DNA of 64,000 nt from Balanoglossus misakiensis (Eukaryota > Animalia > Hemichordata): positions 6,262,001 through 6,326,000 of the forward strand of contig CM082590.2 in NCBI GenBank assembly GCA_040954595.2, in the 5' to 3' direction. Of this stretch, positions 41,501 through 55,300 are shown one piece after another. A model generated the notes under the pieces. It saw nothing but the letters and a program-made list of their open reading frames with translations, had not been told where the DNA came from and did no database searches. Position 1 is the stretch's first letter; the number at the start of each line of letters is the position of its first letter. The position numbers were made by a program, and so were the translations under genes.

Positions 41501-42889
41501 CACATTAAAGGGACAAAGCCCCCTCTCGCTGCCCGTTTGCCATTAATTATGTTTGATAGCAGACAATGTTAATGTAATTATACAATGTGGTTATAGCGAA
41601 TCAATGTTCAATCACACACAACTTTCATCCCACTTATAGACATAAGAGTGAACAACTCGCCAAAATGAATAATCGGTATCTGCTATTTATTCATTTTGGC
41701 GAGATTTTTACTCCCATATCCTACAAACGGGATGGAAGATGTGTGTGGTCGAACGTTGATTCACTATATATCCACATGTAGAATAACATAAGCGGTGTAT
41801 CAAACATAATTAATGGAAAAAGGGCAGCGAGAGAGTGATTTTGTCCCTTTAATTAACCCTAACACTGCCAAGTCGGTTGAAACTGGTTTGATTTCCAGGG
41901 TGCCTAGAATCCTGGCTCCCAGGCCTGTTAGACTGCCAAGTGTGTGTTAATCAGTAGGGCCTCTACAAGACCCTTAACCCTAACACTGCCAAGTCAATTG
42001 AAACTGGTTTGATTTCCAGGGTGCCTAGAATCCTGGCTCCCAGGCCTGTTAGACTGCCAAGTGTGTGTTAATCAGTAGGGCCTATACGAGACCCTCAGAC
42101 CAAACCAGTGCAAATCGGTACGATGGCGGCGAGAGAGAGACTTTCTCCATTTAAATTTGAAACACAAATGAAAGTGCAAAGTAACTGAGCAACACCATGT
42201 CTTCCTTTTTAGATGATATTGCTGCTTCGACATTGACGGTAACATCGCCTGCTCCTGCAAGTGGGGTATTCCGCGTTGGAGAATCCGTCTCCACCACTTT
42301 CACATTGGCATATACAGTAACTGGAAATGGCGGGTCACCTAGTGACGTCAAAGTGTATTTCAGCAATGCCGATGGCTCCACGAAATCAACCGAAGTGACC
42401 GCGACTGGGAGCAATGCACCTGGCGGGACAGCAGTAACGGTGTCCGGAAGTTACGCCGATCTGGTTGCGTCACTTACCCTCGACGTGACTAACTGCGCCG
42501 CCTACACCAAAGTCTGTGGGTCAATCACAGTGACGGATGATGACGTCACCAACAACGCGGCCTGTGCTGGTTTTGGTACCACTGCTGCTCAGGCAGGGAC
42601 GAAGAACTGCACTGCAGATGCAGGTAACGTCTGAATTTATTCAGTGTATGTCCAGCACCAGCAATGATGAAAATTTAAAGGCCAAAAACGCCCAGAATGG
42701 GGAAACATGCTCGTATGTTTCAGTTTTCTAAACCAGAATATAAAGGCTGATGACTCAACTAAGTACAAACAACTTTTCTGATTATAGAGAAGAAATAGTA
42801 CTTTTGGCTCTAAACTGATTTTCCTGGGGTGAATAATTATGTTCTGTTGATTGATTGATTGATTGATTGTTTGATTACTTGATTGTTAG

Positions 42890-42935
<46 letters not shown>

Positions 42936-43781
42936 AGAATTTACACATATGAGAGGTTGTGTAATGAACATTGGATGCCGCCCTGCACCAACCGGGAATG
43001 TAGCGTTAAAGGTATACAGTCACCTCCAATTAATTTACACACGCCCATATATGGCTGAAATGGCGTATTTGGGCGTTGTAAAGAACATATGGTGGCGCTC
43101 TTTCTTTCGCGTGTGCCACCCACTGAAAATCAGTGAATTGCTAGATCTCATTTTGCCATTGTACAACTATAGCTAATTTTTAATAGGTGACTGTATACCT
43201 TTAATGTACCACATGTAATGATAATGTATTGATGTTTTCTTTCTTTCATGTGCTTGTATCACACTCAATAAATTGACAGACGTGACAACCGAGTCCCCAA
43301 CAACAGGTAGGGCTGGTCAACCATGCCTCTAAAGTGAACTTTTTATGCATAATTTGAATTATCCGGCATTAACACATGTCTGTCTGTCTGTCTGTCTGAC
43401 TCTCTGTCTGACTCTCTGACTCTCTGTCTGACTCTCTGTGTGTATGGGATTGTGTGTTGAAAAAATGAATTCTAGTCCGGACTAGAATACAAACTTTGCA
43501 CAATAACTATGATGACTATACATATAGGTTTTGTTAATTAGTTAGCTTGATACTGGTAGTTTCACCATTCTTTGGGGATTTGAACAAGAAACTACAGTAG
43601 TGATACAAAACTTACTGAAAACAGCGAAAAGTTAGAGTTAATGGAGAGAGAGAATAATTATAATAATGTTATGATGCTAACTTTTCGTTTTCTGCCAGGT
43701 TCTACCGGTCACATGACAGTCACATCCGTGATTGTATTCTTTATCACCATCGCAACCGCCTTCTTGTGCATTTTGAAGTAG
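38514..43781 (+). CDS. Uncharacterised cell-surface protein: signal peptide, two tandem ~135-aa Thr/Ala/Gly-rich domains with 4 Cys each, short Thr-rich stalk, hydrophobic GPI-like C-terminus (~336 aa)
   Basis: Exons 38514-38530 (MYTFL, least certain), 38911-38981 (RSLCLPLALVSLLGFLSICQAQIP), 40764-41165, 42213-42623, 43280-43306 (DVTTESPTT) and 43699-43781 (GSTGHMTVTSVIVFFITIATAFLCILK*). Splice phases are consistent and the total is 1011 nt. The two domains share TTFTLAYTVTG, YFSNADGSTKS.EVTA and NCAAYTK.C..ITVTDDD.TNN.AC..FGT. Confidence 0.8.
39624..40039 (+). mobile_element. Kolobok-like MITE family A
   Basis: TTAA-GGATGTACG...CGTATATCC-TTAA. Full copy also at 55767-56180; partial copies at ~48680-48959 and ~61724-62010. 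Confidence 0.85.
40155..40494. mobile_element. Interspersed repeat with two abutting inverted-repeat modules (second copy at 63213-63516)
   Basis: TTATAACACACC...GTGTGTTATAA followed by AACACATGATGACTGAC...GTCAGTCATCATGTGTATA; very similar at both loci. Confidence 0.75.
41509..41848. mobile_element. Kolobok-like MITE family B
   Basis: TTAA-AGGGACAAAG...TTTGTCCCT-TTAA. Confidence 0.85.
41853..42085. repeat. Tandem duplication, 2 x ~121 bp, each unit starting TTAACCCTAACACTGCC
   Basis: Two near-identical units starting at 41853 and 41974. Confidence 0.85.
42888..42935. repeat. (GTT)n microsatellite
   Basis: Directly visible. Confidence 0.95.
43010..43200. mobile_element. Kolobok-like MITE family C (second copy at 49220-49400)
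   Basis: Perfect 16-bp TIR AGGTATACAGTCACCT / AGGTGACTGTATACCT, flanked by TTAA. Confidence 0.85.
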
Positions 43782-45945
43782 ACATTCAGGTATCCAGCCT
43801 ATAGAGTAAGTAATATAACACGTCGTTGATTTCAAACAGTGCATTTTGATTGTGGTCATTCAAAATTTTAAAGGGACAAAGTCTCTCTCTCACTGCCCTT
43901 TTCCATTCATTATGTTTGATACAAGACCCCGTATATCCCTATATCATCTTGTCCCTTTAACTCATTTTTGACGTTTGAAATAATTTTCACAATTTCTCCC
44001 CTCCTAATTCACAGATATCAACGGGCTGCCCGAACGAATGAATTGAGGAAGTGACGCAAGGTTGAATTTACATATATTAATAATTTCCGGTTGATAGCCA
44101 GCATTGTGTCTTATGTAGTGATAGTCAGATCTCATAAAAGGGAACTTTTCAAACAAGGGTAATACATACAATGAAAATAACGCTGCATCCACAAATACCT
44201 GAAGTGAGGTCGGTATTTTTCGGGAGATGTTGCCATGAAAAATTGAAATTCAAATGGAGATATCTTCGATATATATATGTTTTTTAGATTACTTGCCCAG
44301 TTGATGACAAATACCATTTTGGGTATATTCTTTCTTTGTGAAATAAATATCGATAAACAAATCTTTAACATGAAAAGAATTGCCCATATAACGATATAAG
44401 GCTCCATAGAAACAGTCCGATGGTAAACAACATGCTTGAATGAACCGCCGTTACTACACGGAAACTGAACGTCACAATCACGTGATCTTTTGTTTACTCT
44501 AACAACAACTTACTGCGCAAGTGACGTCACATTGTATGGGTACGTACCCATAAAATTTATTATTTCTATTTTTACATACTGAACCATGACAACTGACCAA
44601 GTCACACATGAGTTGTTTTATTTATTTTATTTTATTTTATTTTATTTATTCTTTATTTCAGGCCATATGCCCATACTGTAAAAAAACATACAAAAACAAA
44701 AACAGAAACAACTCCATAAAAAGAGACACAAAGAAAAAAAATCCAATAAACCAATGTTTTATTTTGGCAAGTAAAGTATTATACAAACAAAAGTTGGGAG
44801 TTTTATGCTACAAAGTAAATTATCATTATCATCAACTGGATTTTTTTTAGATTTTCCTCGTACAGTGAGCGAAGTGTATGTAATTTGGATGGTGAATCAG
44901 AATCAATGTTAGGAGTATTATACCAGAAAACAAAGAAAATTAAATTTAAACAACCGGTTCATTTTAATACACATAATTTTAATAGCATGTCCTTTGTCTA
45001 AATTCCCAGATCTCAAACTCCCCTCTTAGTATTTCTGAAATCAACGTCTATCAAAACTGTTTAATAAATCTTCATAATTATTGAGATAAATTCATTATCA
45101 TTATTTTCTTTTTTAGTTTAACATTTTCAATCTTGTCATAATGACGACATTGTAGATTTTTTTTGATTTACTGAATGTTCGTCTACGTTTTGTGTAAACG
45201 TCCAAATAGTTAGTGTTGTTTAATTCTTAATCTATAACTATGGCACGACATTTTGGATGGTGTTAGTTTATGACGATGCTATGGATGACGTCAAATGAAA
45301 TGTTCGTCACGACATTTTGTGACGAGTGTATCATTTGTTCGCACGACTCCGTATCCGAGACCGACTCCCGCTAGAGGGCGTACTTTCATATGGCCTGTCA
45401 TGTCATGACATGGATATATTTGAGGAATTTGTCAAACACAAATTCACATTACCAAGACGTACATTTTTGCACAGATTGTTGAAGTGTAAGTTTACTGTGC
45501 GAATTTACAGTCAAAGGGAATAAATTGTTGGTAGACCAGCATTTCTTTGTCTTTTGTATTCTTGTTTATGTACCACAAAATTATGTTTGATACAAGACAC
45601 CGTTAATGTTATTCTACATGTGGATATATAGTGAATCAACGTTCGACTACACACACCTCCCAGGACAAAGTCTCTCTCTCGCTACCCTTTTTCTATTAAT
45701 TATGTTTGACACAAGCCACTGTTTATGTAATTCTACATGCATATGTCTCGTGACACCCAAGAAATCAAACGGTTCGTCCCTATGATAGTAACAACTGATA
45801 GTAACGACAACGGCCGATATTTTGATATAAAATAAGTTCGCTTGTGTATTTTATTCTAACTTTGCAGCACATTCAATATATTGCCATGGGTTTAAATCTA
45901 GCGAGATCTAACACGTCTAAGAAAAAGAAGGGCGTGTAAAGTAGT

Positions 45946-46077
45946 CTGCCCCAATCCCACCGCTGGCTGCGCTACCAGCGTAGCGCAGCCAGCGGTGGGA
46001 TTGGGGCAGGGAACCAGCCTGCGCGTGATGTTGTGTCACGCAACGATGACGTCATGGGTCAACACGAGATGACGTCA
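45946..46077 (+). promoter_or_regulatory. Putative PDCD6IP proximal promoter: perfect palindrome with 30-bp arms and two CRE/ATF sites
   Basis: Arms at 45946-45975 and 45980-46009 are exact reverse complements with a 4-nt loop. TGACGTCA occurs at 46047 and 46070 in a short tandem duplication. The ATG is at 46124. Confidence 0.55.
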
Positions 46078-46123
46078 TGGGTCAAATGATCAGCCGTCAT
46101 CTTCCCTGTTTCCTGCACCCAAG

Positions 46124-49100
46124 ATGGCGGCGACGTTCATCAGCGTTCCGCAGAAAAACAGCACCGAGGTGGACCTGACGCGGCCGTTTAAGACATTCAT
46201 CGCCAACACGTACGGCACCGAGGCGGGCGGTGAAGACTACAGTCATGCTATAAAAGAATTCAACAAATTGAGAACGAATGCTTGTGTGAAAGTTTTGGAC
46301 AAACATGAAACAGCGGTGGATCTGGTTTACAGGTATGTGAAGGTTGTATATATGTATATGATTTTGGTGGTCAGTTACAGTTACATGGAAATGGTGATTT
46401 AAAATATAGAAGGTGATTGTCATACAAAGTGTTTCATCTAGACGGGGGTTATCTCTGCGTACAGGTATGTGAAGGTTGTGTGTATATGATTTTGGTGGTC
46501 AGTTAACAGTTACATGGAAATGGTGATTTAAAATATAGAAGGTGATTGTCATACATAACAAAGTGTTTCATCTAGACGGGGGTTATCTCTGCGTACAGGT
46601 ATGTGAAGGTTGTGTACATGATGTGGTCAGTTACAGTTACATGGAAATGGTGATTGAAAATATAGAAGCGTTTCATCTAGACGGGGTTGGGGTGGGAGAT
46701 TCACCCCCTATTGACATGTTGGCACCCCCAAGCATTTTGTCAAGAGGGGACCAGTGCCCCTAAAATGATGTCATTCACATGTTGGAGATTTTACAGCCCC
46801 CCTTACCAGAGTGGAATCCCCCTAAAATATTCTGGCAAAGGGGGACATATCCCCCCCCACCTCTTGATGACACAAATGAACACTATAGTAGTGTATACAT
46901 ACAGTATGGGTGTGTTTTTGAGAAAGCGTGATATTTTTGTCTGTTTGGGGATCGGTCACTGTGTCACTGTCAGTACAACTTCCATTTTGCAAGCTTGTCC
47001 TGGGATGGAGGACTATCAAAAAACTAATAATTGTTAGAGGCAGGGTGCCTACAGGAGGTGAATCGCCTATGCCCTCTCTATATCCCTAACGCTAAAACAG
47101 ATCATGGAATTAATATTGTCTCCTTACGTCTCTATATGAATCTTTATAATATACCTCATGCTAATACTGTGTTGTGATTCGCCAGAATCCGTCACGTGAT
47201 AGGAAAATAGAATCGACTATGAATCCCTCTAGGGAAATAGCAGAAAAAATATAAACCGGTCACGTGACCAGCGTGAGTGCGCAGACTCGGTCACGTCAAT
47301 CAGTGTCGCGTCGTCTGACACAATGGCCACCGCGGAAGATGTCGTCTGCCAGCCTCAAGAGGAAATTGCAAGATTTTCCCAACTGTTAGCATGAGGTTTA
47401 TTATAAAACACCTATAGCCTGGCCTATATTCGGGCCATAGCAGCCGTTTTTACCCCCTCGTGACTGTGAGTTACCAGAATCATATGCTATTTGCCTCGGC
47501 CTGCGGCCTCGGGAAATAGCATATGATTCTGGTAACTCACAGCCCCTCGGGTGTAATAAACGGCCGCTATGGCCCTCATGGCCAGGCAATAGGTGTTCAA
47601 TATTTTCAGTTGAAATATCAGTGTATGTCTTATCCAATGTTTTATGTTATTTCCTTGATTGATAAATCAGAATGTATTGCTAAGGGGTGCCAACCTGTCA
47701 ACAGGCGGTGAATCACCCTGTCTATATGAAACACTGGCCATCTCTATATGAATCTATATTTTCAGTTGAAATATCAGTGTATGTCTTATCCAATGTTTTA
47801 TGTTATTTCCTTGATTGATAAATCAGAATGTATTGCTAAGGGGTGCCAACAGGAGGTGAATCACCCTGTCTGTATGAAACACTGGCCATGTCTATATGAA
47901 TCTATATTTTCAGTTGAAATATCAATGTATGTCTCATCCAATGTTTTATATTCCAGGTATTATGACCAGCTTGTGGCTATAGAAGCAAAGTTACCCATAG
48001 CAGAAGACCAGGTAAGAGAAATTGACATTCCCTGTCAGTGTATAAAGTGTACTGTCAAATCTGTCATTACGGACATCTCTCTATTAAAGGCACGTAAGCT
48101 GTAACTTTTGGGATAATTTTTCATAATTTTTGTTTCAAACTGCACTACCATTAGTCCATGCAGATGAAGGCAGTGAACTATACACAAGCATTATAAACCC
48201 TAAATATGATTGCATATGCAAGTTTTAACCAGATAAATAATAAAGCTTTGCCGCAAGCGATTATGGCCGCCACCATGGGAAAATGCAAGAAACAATGAAA
48301 ATGTTGCATTTCCGGTTGTGAAACTTCATAAACAAAACATGATCTCATCCACTTGAGCTAATGGAAGTAAATGTACACCACTGAGACAATCAGATTTTCA
48401 TTTTTCATTGCAATATTGCACTTTTTTTAAAATTGCAGGAATTTTCTTTTTTCTTTAATTTTTGGCCATTTTGTCATAAATAAGTGTTGAGCTTGATATA
48501 TTATCATGAAATATCATTTAATAGACATAATTAAAAGCATATATGAGATTATTTAAAACTTTAATTTTTTTATCCAGTTGCAGCTTACGTGCCTTTAAGG
48601 ACAAATTTACCAGTCCCAGAGGTGTCCTTAATAGACAGGTTTCACGGTACAGTCAAGTCTGTCTATATTGGCCAGTCACGTAAAAAATAATTCATTGGTC
48701 AAATAAAATCGGGTGGTCATTGCGTTCTATTTTGAGATAAATTTCGTTAAAATTTTCGCCATTAGACAAACCATTGGTGAGATATGCTGAGTCAGCAGTT
48801 TTCTTCTATTATCGACTAAATTCATAGCTCTGTATTTCAAAAACAAGCGCGGTGACCCCTATATTTTATCACGGATTTTCATTATACATACAACGGATAA
48901 TCCAAAAATCAACAATTAAAAGAAATGACAATACTTTCAGTTTTACTGAACGTACATCCTTAATTAAGCAAGTCTTGCGAGATCTTGCAAATGAACCAAA
49001 ATAAAATGTTTGATCAATGATTATCTTCAGATTCGTGTTGCATTCTGCTGGTATGATGCTTTCAACAAAGGATCATGGTTCGGTGGACAGAAAAAACAGA

Positions 49101-52100
49101 GTAAGTAATTCAGTTTACCTTAAGTTAAATAGTGCTAAGGGGTCAAATTATAATAATTGCATTCTGGGTAAAAAGTCAACGACTCACTGTAGTATAAGAT
49201 CGAAGAAATGATATGTTAAAGGTGTACGGTCACCTCCAATTTACATACGCCCATAAATGTCAGAAATGGCGTATTTGAGAGTTCTAACCAACATATGGTG
49301 GCGCTCTTTTTTTCGTGTGTGCCACCCACTGAAAATCTGTGACTAGATCTCTATTTGCCATGGTAACTGTAGCTATATTTGCATAGATGACCGTATACCT
49401 TTAACTGTATTTCATGACTTCCTTTAGTCAAAAATTTCTATCTTTGTTGTAAGCATAGCAAACTCATGCAACTTTTTTCACATTTTCTTATCTTTTGTTA
49501 CAAATTTTCAGAATGACAAAAATCGGCCATCTTGAAATTGTGTCGTCCATGTGAGATTTACATTACCCACGGAACAGCACATATTATTATTTTTTGGCCT
49601 TAGGACAACCTAATGTAACCAATATGAATGTTTCAATCTTGTATTTTTCTTGTTTTGTATAGGTATGACATCATCCTCTTTTGAGAAGGCTTGTGTTTTG
49701 TTCAACATAGCTGCGCTTCACAGCCAAATTGCTGGAGTTCAAAATTTGGATACTGATGTTGGATTGAAACAGGCAGCCAACCATTTCAAGGTGTGTATTC
49801 GAATCTGAATCTGAATCTAGACTTGGTCACCCAGACCCCTCTGCTTTTTCGGCTGCGCTCCAGAAAAAAAGTCTACGGAAATACCAAAGAACGATTTGTA
49901 AAACAAAATGGCCGCTGTCAGGCTTTCCATCAGCCGCTGATTGGCTGATCTTTCAGTATGACCTGGGTCACTGCTATTCGACTATACTCAAATGGCGATG
50001 CAACATGTAGTAAGTGACTCTTGGCAATGTGTGAGTTGTTGTCTTGTCACATCAAGAGACTGGTACTTGCTGGTTGATGTGGAAATTCTAGTCAAGTTGT
50101 AGTGACCCAGGTCATTCTGACAGATCAGCCAATCAGCGGCTGATGGAAATCCTGTCAGCGGCCATTTTGTTTTACAAATCATTCTATAGTATTTCACCAG
50201 ACCCTTTTTTGCAGAGCAGCGGAAGAAGCAGAGGGGTCAGGGTAACCGTGACTAAATCTAAATCTGAACTTTATTTGAATCTAAACTTTTTCTGAATCTG
50301 AAATTCCTTTGATTCTGAATCTGAACTGGATCTGACTGAATCTGAACTGTATTCTGAATCTGAAATTTATTTCACCAGTGAGTTGGGTTACTTTTTTCAT
50401 GAAGTAACTGTGTTTTGCCATCTACATTACATATTGCTGGTACATAGTACTTTCTCACATCTTACAAAATGTGTATTCTTTACTGTCAATCACGTGATCT
50501 GGCAATGTTCCCTATGGCGCAGTCATTTCCAGATGACGGGCAAGCAATATTTCGGCATCCAGTAAAAGTTTTTCAGAGTATGTGTTTACTTTAGAACCGC
50601 CAAAAACGTAACATGTATTGGGTATGGTACCTCATCAGCCTCATTGCATTTCGTCTGCACAGTCTTTGTCTGCACCACGTAAGTCCACGTTGCTGAAGTT
50701 GCCCGTCATCTGGAAATTTCAATGCGAACGTAACTGCCGCCTGAGCGCGTCTGACGTCATTTGATAGCTAAGAATACCTACCTACATAAACCACATTTAC
50801 ACATACGATGTGAAACCATTTTTGCTGTGTGTGTTACAGATTGCGGCTGGCATCTTCTCGCATCTGAAAGACCACGTGTACACGTACATAAACCACATCA
50901 AAACATACGATATGGAGCCCAGTATGTTGACGTTCCTGGCTGCCATCATGGTCGCACAGGCCCAAGAAGTGTTCTTCAAGAAAGCAGTCACAGGTGAGAC
51001 GGGTTGGATGCTGCAAGATCTCCCCACCCCCATATATATTCATGACTCTCTCTCGCTGCCCTTTTTTCCATTAATTTTATTTGATAAGAGACAACGTTTG
51101 TTATTCTACATGTGGATATATAGTGAATGAACGTTCAACCACACACAACATCCATCCCTCTTATAGACAGGAGAGTGAAAAAACTCGCCAAAATGAATAA
51201 ACGTTCTTTACCATTTATTCATTTTCGGCGGGTTTTTACTCTCATATCCTACAAATGGGATGGAAGTTGTGTGTGGTTGAACGTTGATTCACTATATATC
51301 CACATGTAGAATAATATAAACGGTGTCTTGTATCAAACATAATTAATGGATAAAGGCCAGCGAGAGAGAGACTTTGTCCCTTTAATATTCATAAGTTAAT
51401 AAATATTCATGATAATCCCGACTCTGCATGATTCAGGGATCTCCCCACCCTCAGAACAGTGTTGGAAAATATGAATATTCATGACTTATTAATATTCATA
51501 AGTTGATAAATATTCATGATAATCCCAGACCTGCATGATTCAGGGATCTCCCCACCCTCAGAGCAGTGCTGGACAATATGAATATTCATGACTTGTTAAT
51601 ATTCATAAGTTGATAAATATTCATGATAATCTCGACGCTGCATGATTCAGGGATTTCCCCACCCTCAGAACAGTGCTGGAAAATATGAATATTCATGACT
51701 TGTTAATATTCATGTTAATAAATATTCATGATAATCTCGACTCTGCATGATTCAGGGATCTCCCCACCCTCAGAGCAGTGCTGGACAATATGAATATTCA
51801 TGACTTATTAATATTCATAATTATTAAGGCTTCTTTTGAAAAATCTCTACTTTCATTGGCAGATAAAATGAAAAGTGCCATTATTGCTAAGATAGCCGCC
51901 CAAGCCAGTGATCTGTACGGTGAAGCCATGCATCTCAGTCAAGAAATCGCCAGCAAGGAAATAGTCAACAAGGAATGGTTTTCCATCCTGGCTGCAAAAA
52001 CACCGTATTTCCTTGGAGAGGCTGAATATCATCAGTCGGTGGTTTGCAAAGAAAGTAAAGGCTTTGGGGAACAGATTGCCAGACTCCAGGTAGGTTACTG

Positions 52101-52151
52101 CATTAGAAAATGGCGTTTTCTAGTCCCCACATATGCAACGGGACTTATACA

Positions 52152-52201
<50 letters not shown>

Positions 52202-52335
52202 ATCCGTCCATCTGTCTGTACAAATAATTTTTTTTTTATTATTTGCTTATACTGGGTTGCAGGGTTTTTATCCAGGTTGACTACATTGCCAGCTACTCAT
52301 TAATATGCATGCTCATTAATATTCATACTTATACA

Positions 52336-52373
<38 letters not shown>

Positions 52374-55300
52374 ATCGGTCCATCTCTCTGTACAAATAAT
52401 TTTTTTTTATTATTTGCTTATACTGGGTTGTAGGGTTTTTGTCCAGGTTGACTACATTGCCAGCTACTCATTAATATTCATACTTATACATCTGTCTGTC
52501 TGTCTGTCATCCGTCCATCTCTCTGCACAAATATTTTTTTTTTTTGCTTATACTGGGTTGTAGGGTTTTGTCCAGGTTGACTTCATTGCCAGCTACTCAT
52601 TAATATGCATGCTCATTAATATTCATACTTATACATCTGTCTGTTTGTCTGTCATCCGTCCATCTCTCTGTACAAATTTTTTTTTTTATTATTTGCTTAT
52701 ACTTGGCTGTAGGGTTTTTATCCAGGTTGACTACATTGCCAGCGACTCATTAATATGCACGCTCATTAATATTCATACTTATACATCTGTCTGTCTGTCT
52801 GTCTGTCTGTCATCCGTCCATCTGTCTGTACAAATAATTTTTTTTTATTATTTGCTTATACTGGGTTGCAGGGTTTTTATCCAGGTTGACTTCATTGCCA
52901 GCTACTCATTAATATGCATGCTCATTAATATTCATACTTATACATCTGTCTGTCTGTCTGTCTGTCTGTCATCCGTCCATCTCTCTGTACAATTTTTTTT
53001 TATTATTATTTGCTTATACTTGGTTGTAGGGTTTTGTCCAGCATCACTACATTGCCAGCTACTCATTAATATGCACGCTCATTAATATTAACGCTCATTA
53101 ATATTCATGTTTGTTGCAGGTCTTACCTATTTATCAATGTATGCGAAATGACGTCATTCTTCTTGTGTCATCGTCAGGATTCCGTCATAGTTCTCGCATG
53201 ATTTGCGCAATTTTCGTAAATTTTGTATTTTTGACATCGTTATTTGTACGATGCTCTCAAAAGTTTAGGGTTGGCGGGTTAAAATTAGGGTAGGTCTGGT
53301 AATCAGAACAGCACATATTTTTTCTTTGGCCTTAATAGTTTACATCCAATTATTTTACGTCATATTTACTGTCAAAGCATTGATTTTAATTGGGATTTAA
53401 AAGCGACAAAGTCTCTCTCTCGCTGCCCCTTTTTCCATTAATTTTGTTTGATACAAGACACCGTTTATGTTATTCTACGTGTGGATATATAGTGAATCAA
53501 TGTTCGACCACACACACCTCCCAGGCCAAAGTCTCTCTCTCGCTGCCCCTTTTTCCATTAATTATGTTTAATGCAAGACACTGTTTATGTTATTCTACGT
53601 GTGGATATATAGTGAAACAAATTTGACCACATACAACTTCCATCCCTATTGTAGGATATGAGAGTGAAAAACTCGCCAAAATGAATACTCAGTCTCTACC
53701 ATTTATTTAAAATTAGGGTAGGTCGGGTATTTAGAATGTCACATTTTTTTTTATTCTCGCCTAATCGAGACACTATTGTTGTTTCAGCATGCAAGTGAGT
53801 TGATCGAGGCAGCTCACAACCGTGGAGGGTTAATTCTTAGCTATAAAGACACAGCTGGGAAAATAAAACGAAATTTCGACGACGCCAAGAAAGACAACGA
53901 TTTCATTTACCACGAAAAAGTTCCGGAACGCGGACGATTGTCGGCCATCGGAAGAGCCTCCTTGGCCAAACCGGTACCCCTCAATTCGCCCATGAGTTCA
54001 AAGTTCACAGGTATGGAATCGACCCATTTTTTGGCCAGTTATATATCCCTCTGTTTACTGAAGATTTTGCTGTGAAGTTCAGATTTGTTATACAGTATAA
54101 ACCTGTGTTAATGGTCACCTCTATATAGTGGCCACTTTGTTACAGTCCAACCTATGTTAGTGGCCACCTCTATATAGTGGCCACTTTGTTACAGTCCCTA
54201 TGCAATTTACATGTACAGTCAAACCTGTGTTAGTGGCCACCTCTATATAGTGGCCACTTTGTTACAGTCTCTGTGCAATTTACATGTACAGTCAAACCTG
54301 TGTTAGTGGCCACCTCTATAAAGTGGCCACTTTGTTACAGTCCCTGTGCAATTTACATGTACAGTCCAACCTGTGTTAGTGGCCACCTCTATATAGTGGC
54401 CACTTTGTTACAGTCCCTGTGCAATTTACATGTACAGTCCAACCTGTGTTAGTGGCCACCTCTATATAGTGGCCACTTTGTTACAGTCCCTGTGCAATTT
54501 ACATGTACAGTCAAACCTGTGTTAGTGGCCACCCCTATATAGTGGCCACTTTGTTACAGTCCCTGTGCAATTCACATGTACAGTCAAACCTGTGTTAGTG
54601 GCCACCTCTATATAGTGGCCACTTTGTTACAGTCCCTGTGCAATTTACATGTACAGTCAAACCTGTGTTAGTGGCCACCTATGCAAATTTAATCACTGTG
54701 ATCACTTTGATCAGGAAAATTTAAATAAAGCTAACATGAGCATTTGAAGACCAAGACATGCCATTTTCACCATATATAGGCATATGTAAATTAGAGGTGA
54801 CTGTGTATACATTTGTGTGAAGCTCAAGCAAGTCTATATTTAGGCTGTTTCTTGTAAACCCTCTCACAACTGTAGTCAGCCTTTTTTTACAAAATTATCT
54901 TGATATCTTTTACCATACTATTTTTTTTAAATTTTGTTCAAGACCTGTATATTATTGAAAATTATGTCCATTTGGTCTAAAATTGAGTGAAAAAATTAGG
55001 TAAAATGTGTCAAAATGATGAAAATGTTGCAACGTGTTTTGTTTCAGATTTATTTGAGAATCTGGTGCCACTGGTCGTACACCAATCACTAACATCTTTC
55101 GATGGCAGGAAGGCGGAAATAGTCAACAGGGAAATTGGAAAACTTCGGTCTAAGACAGAGCTTATGAACAGGTTGGTATTAAAAACTTTAGAAACAGGCT
55201 GGGCAAGTATGCATAGCTATTGTTTGTACTTTGTGACAGTAACAATAATCGCAAAACCGGAAGTAAAATAACGATGTCAAATATACAAAATTTATGAAAA

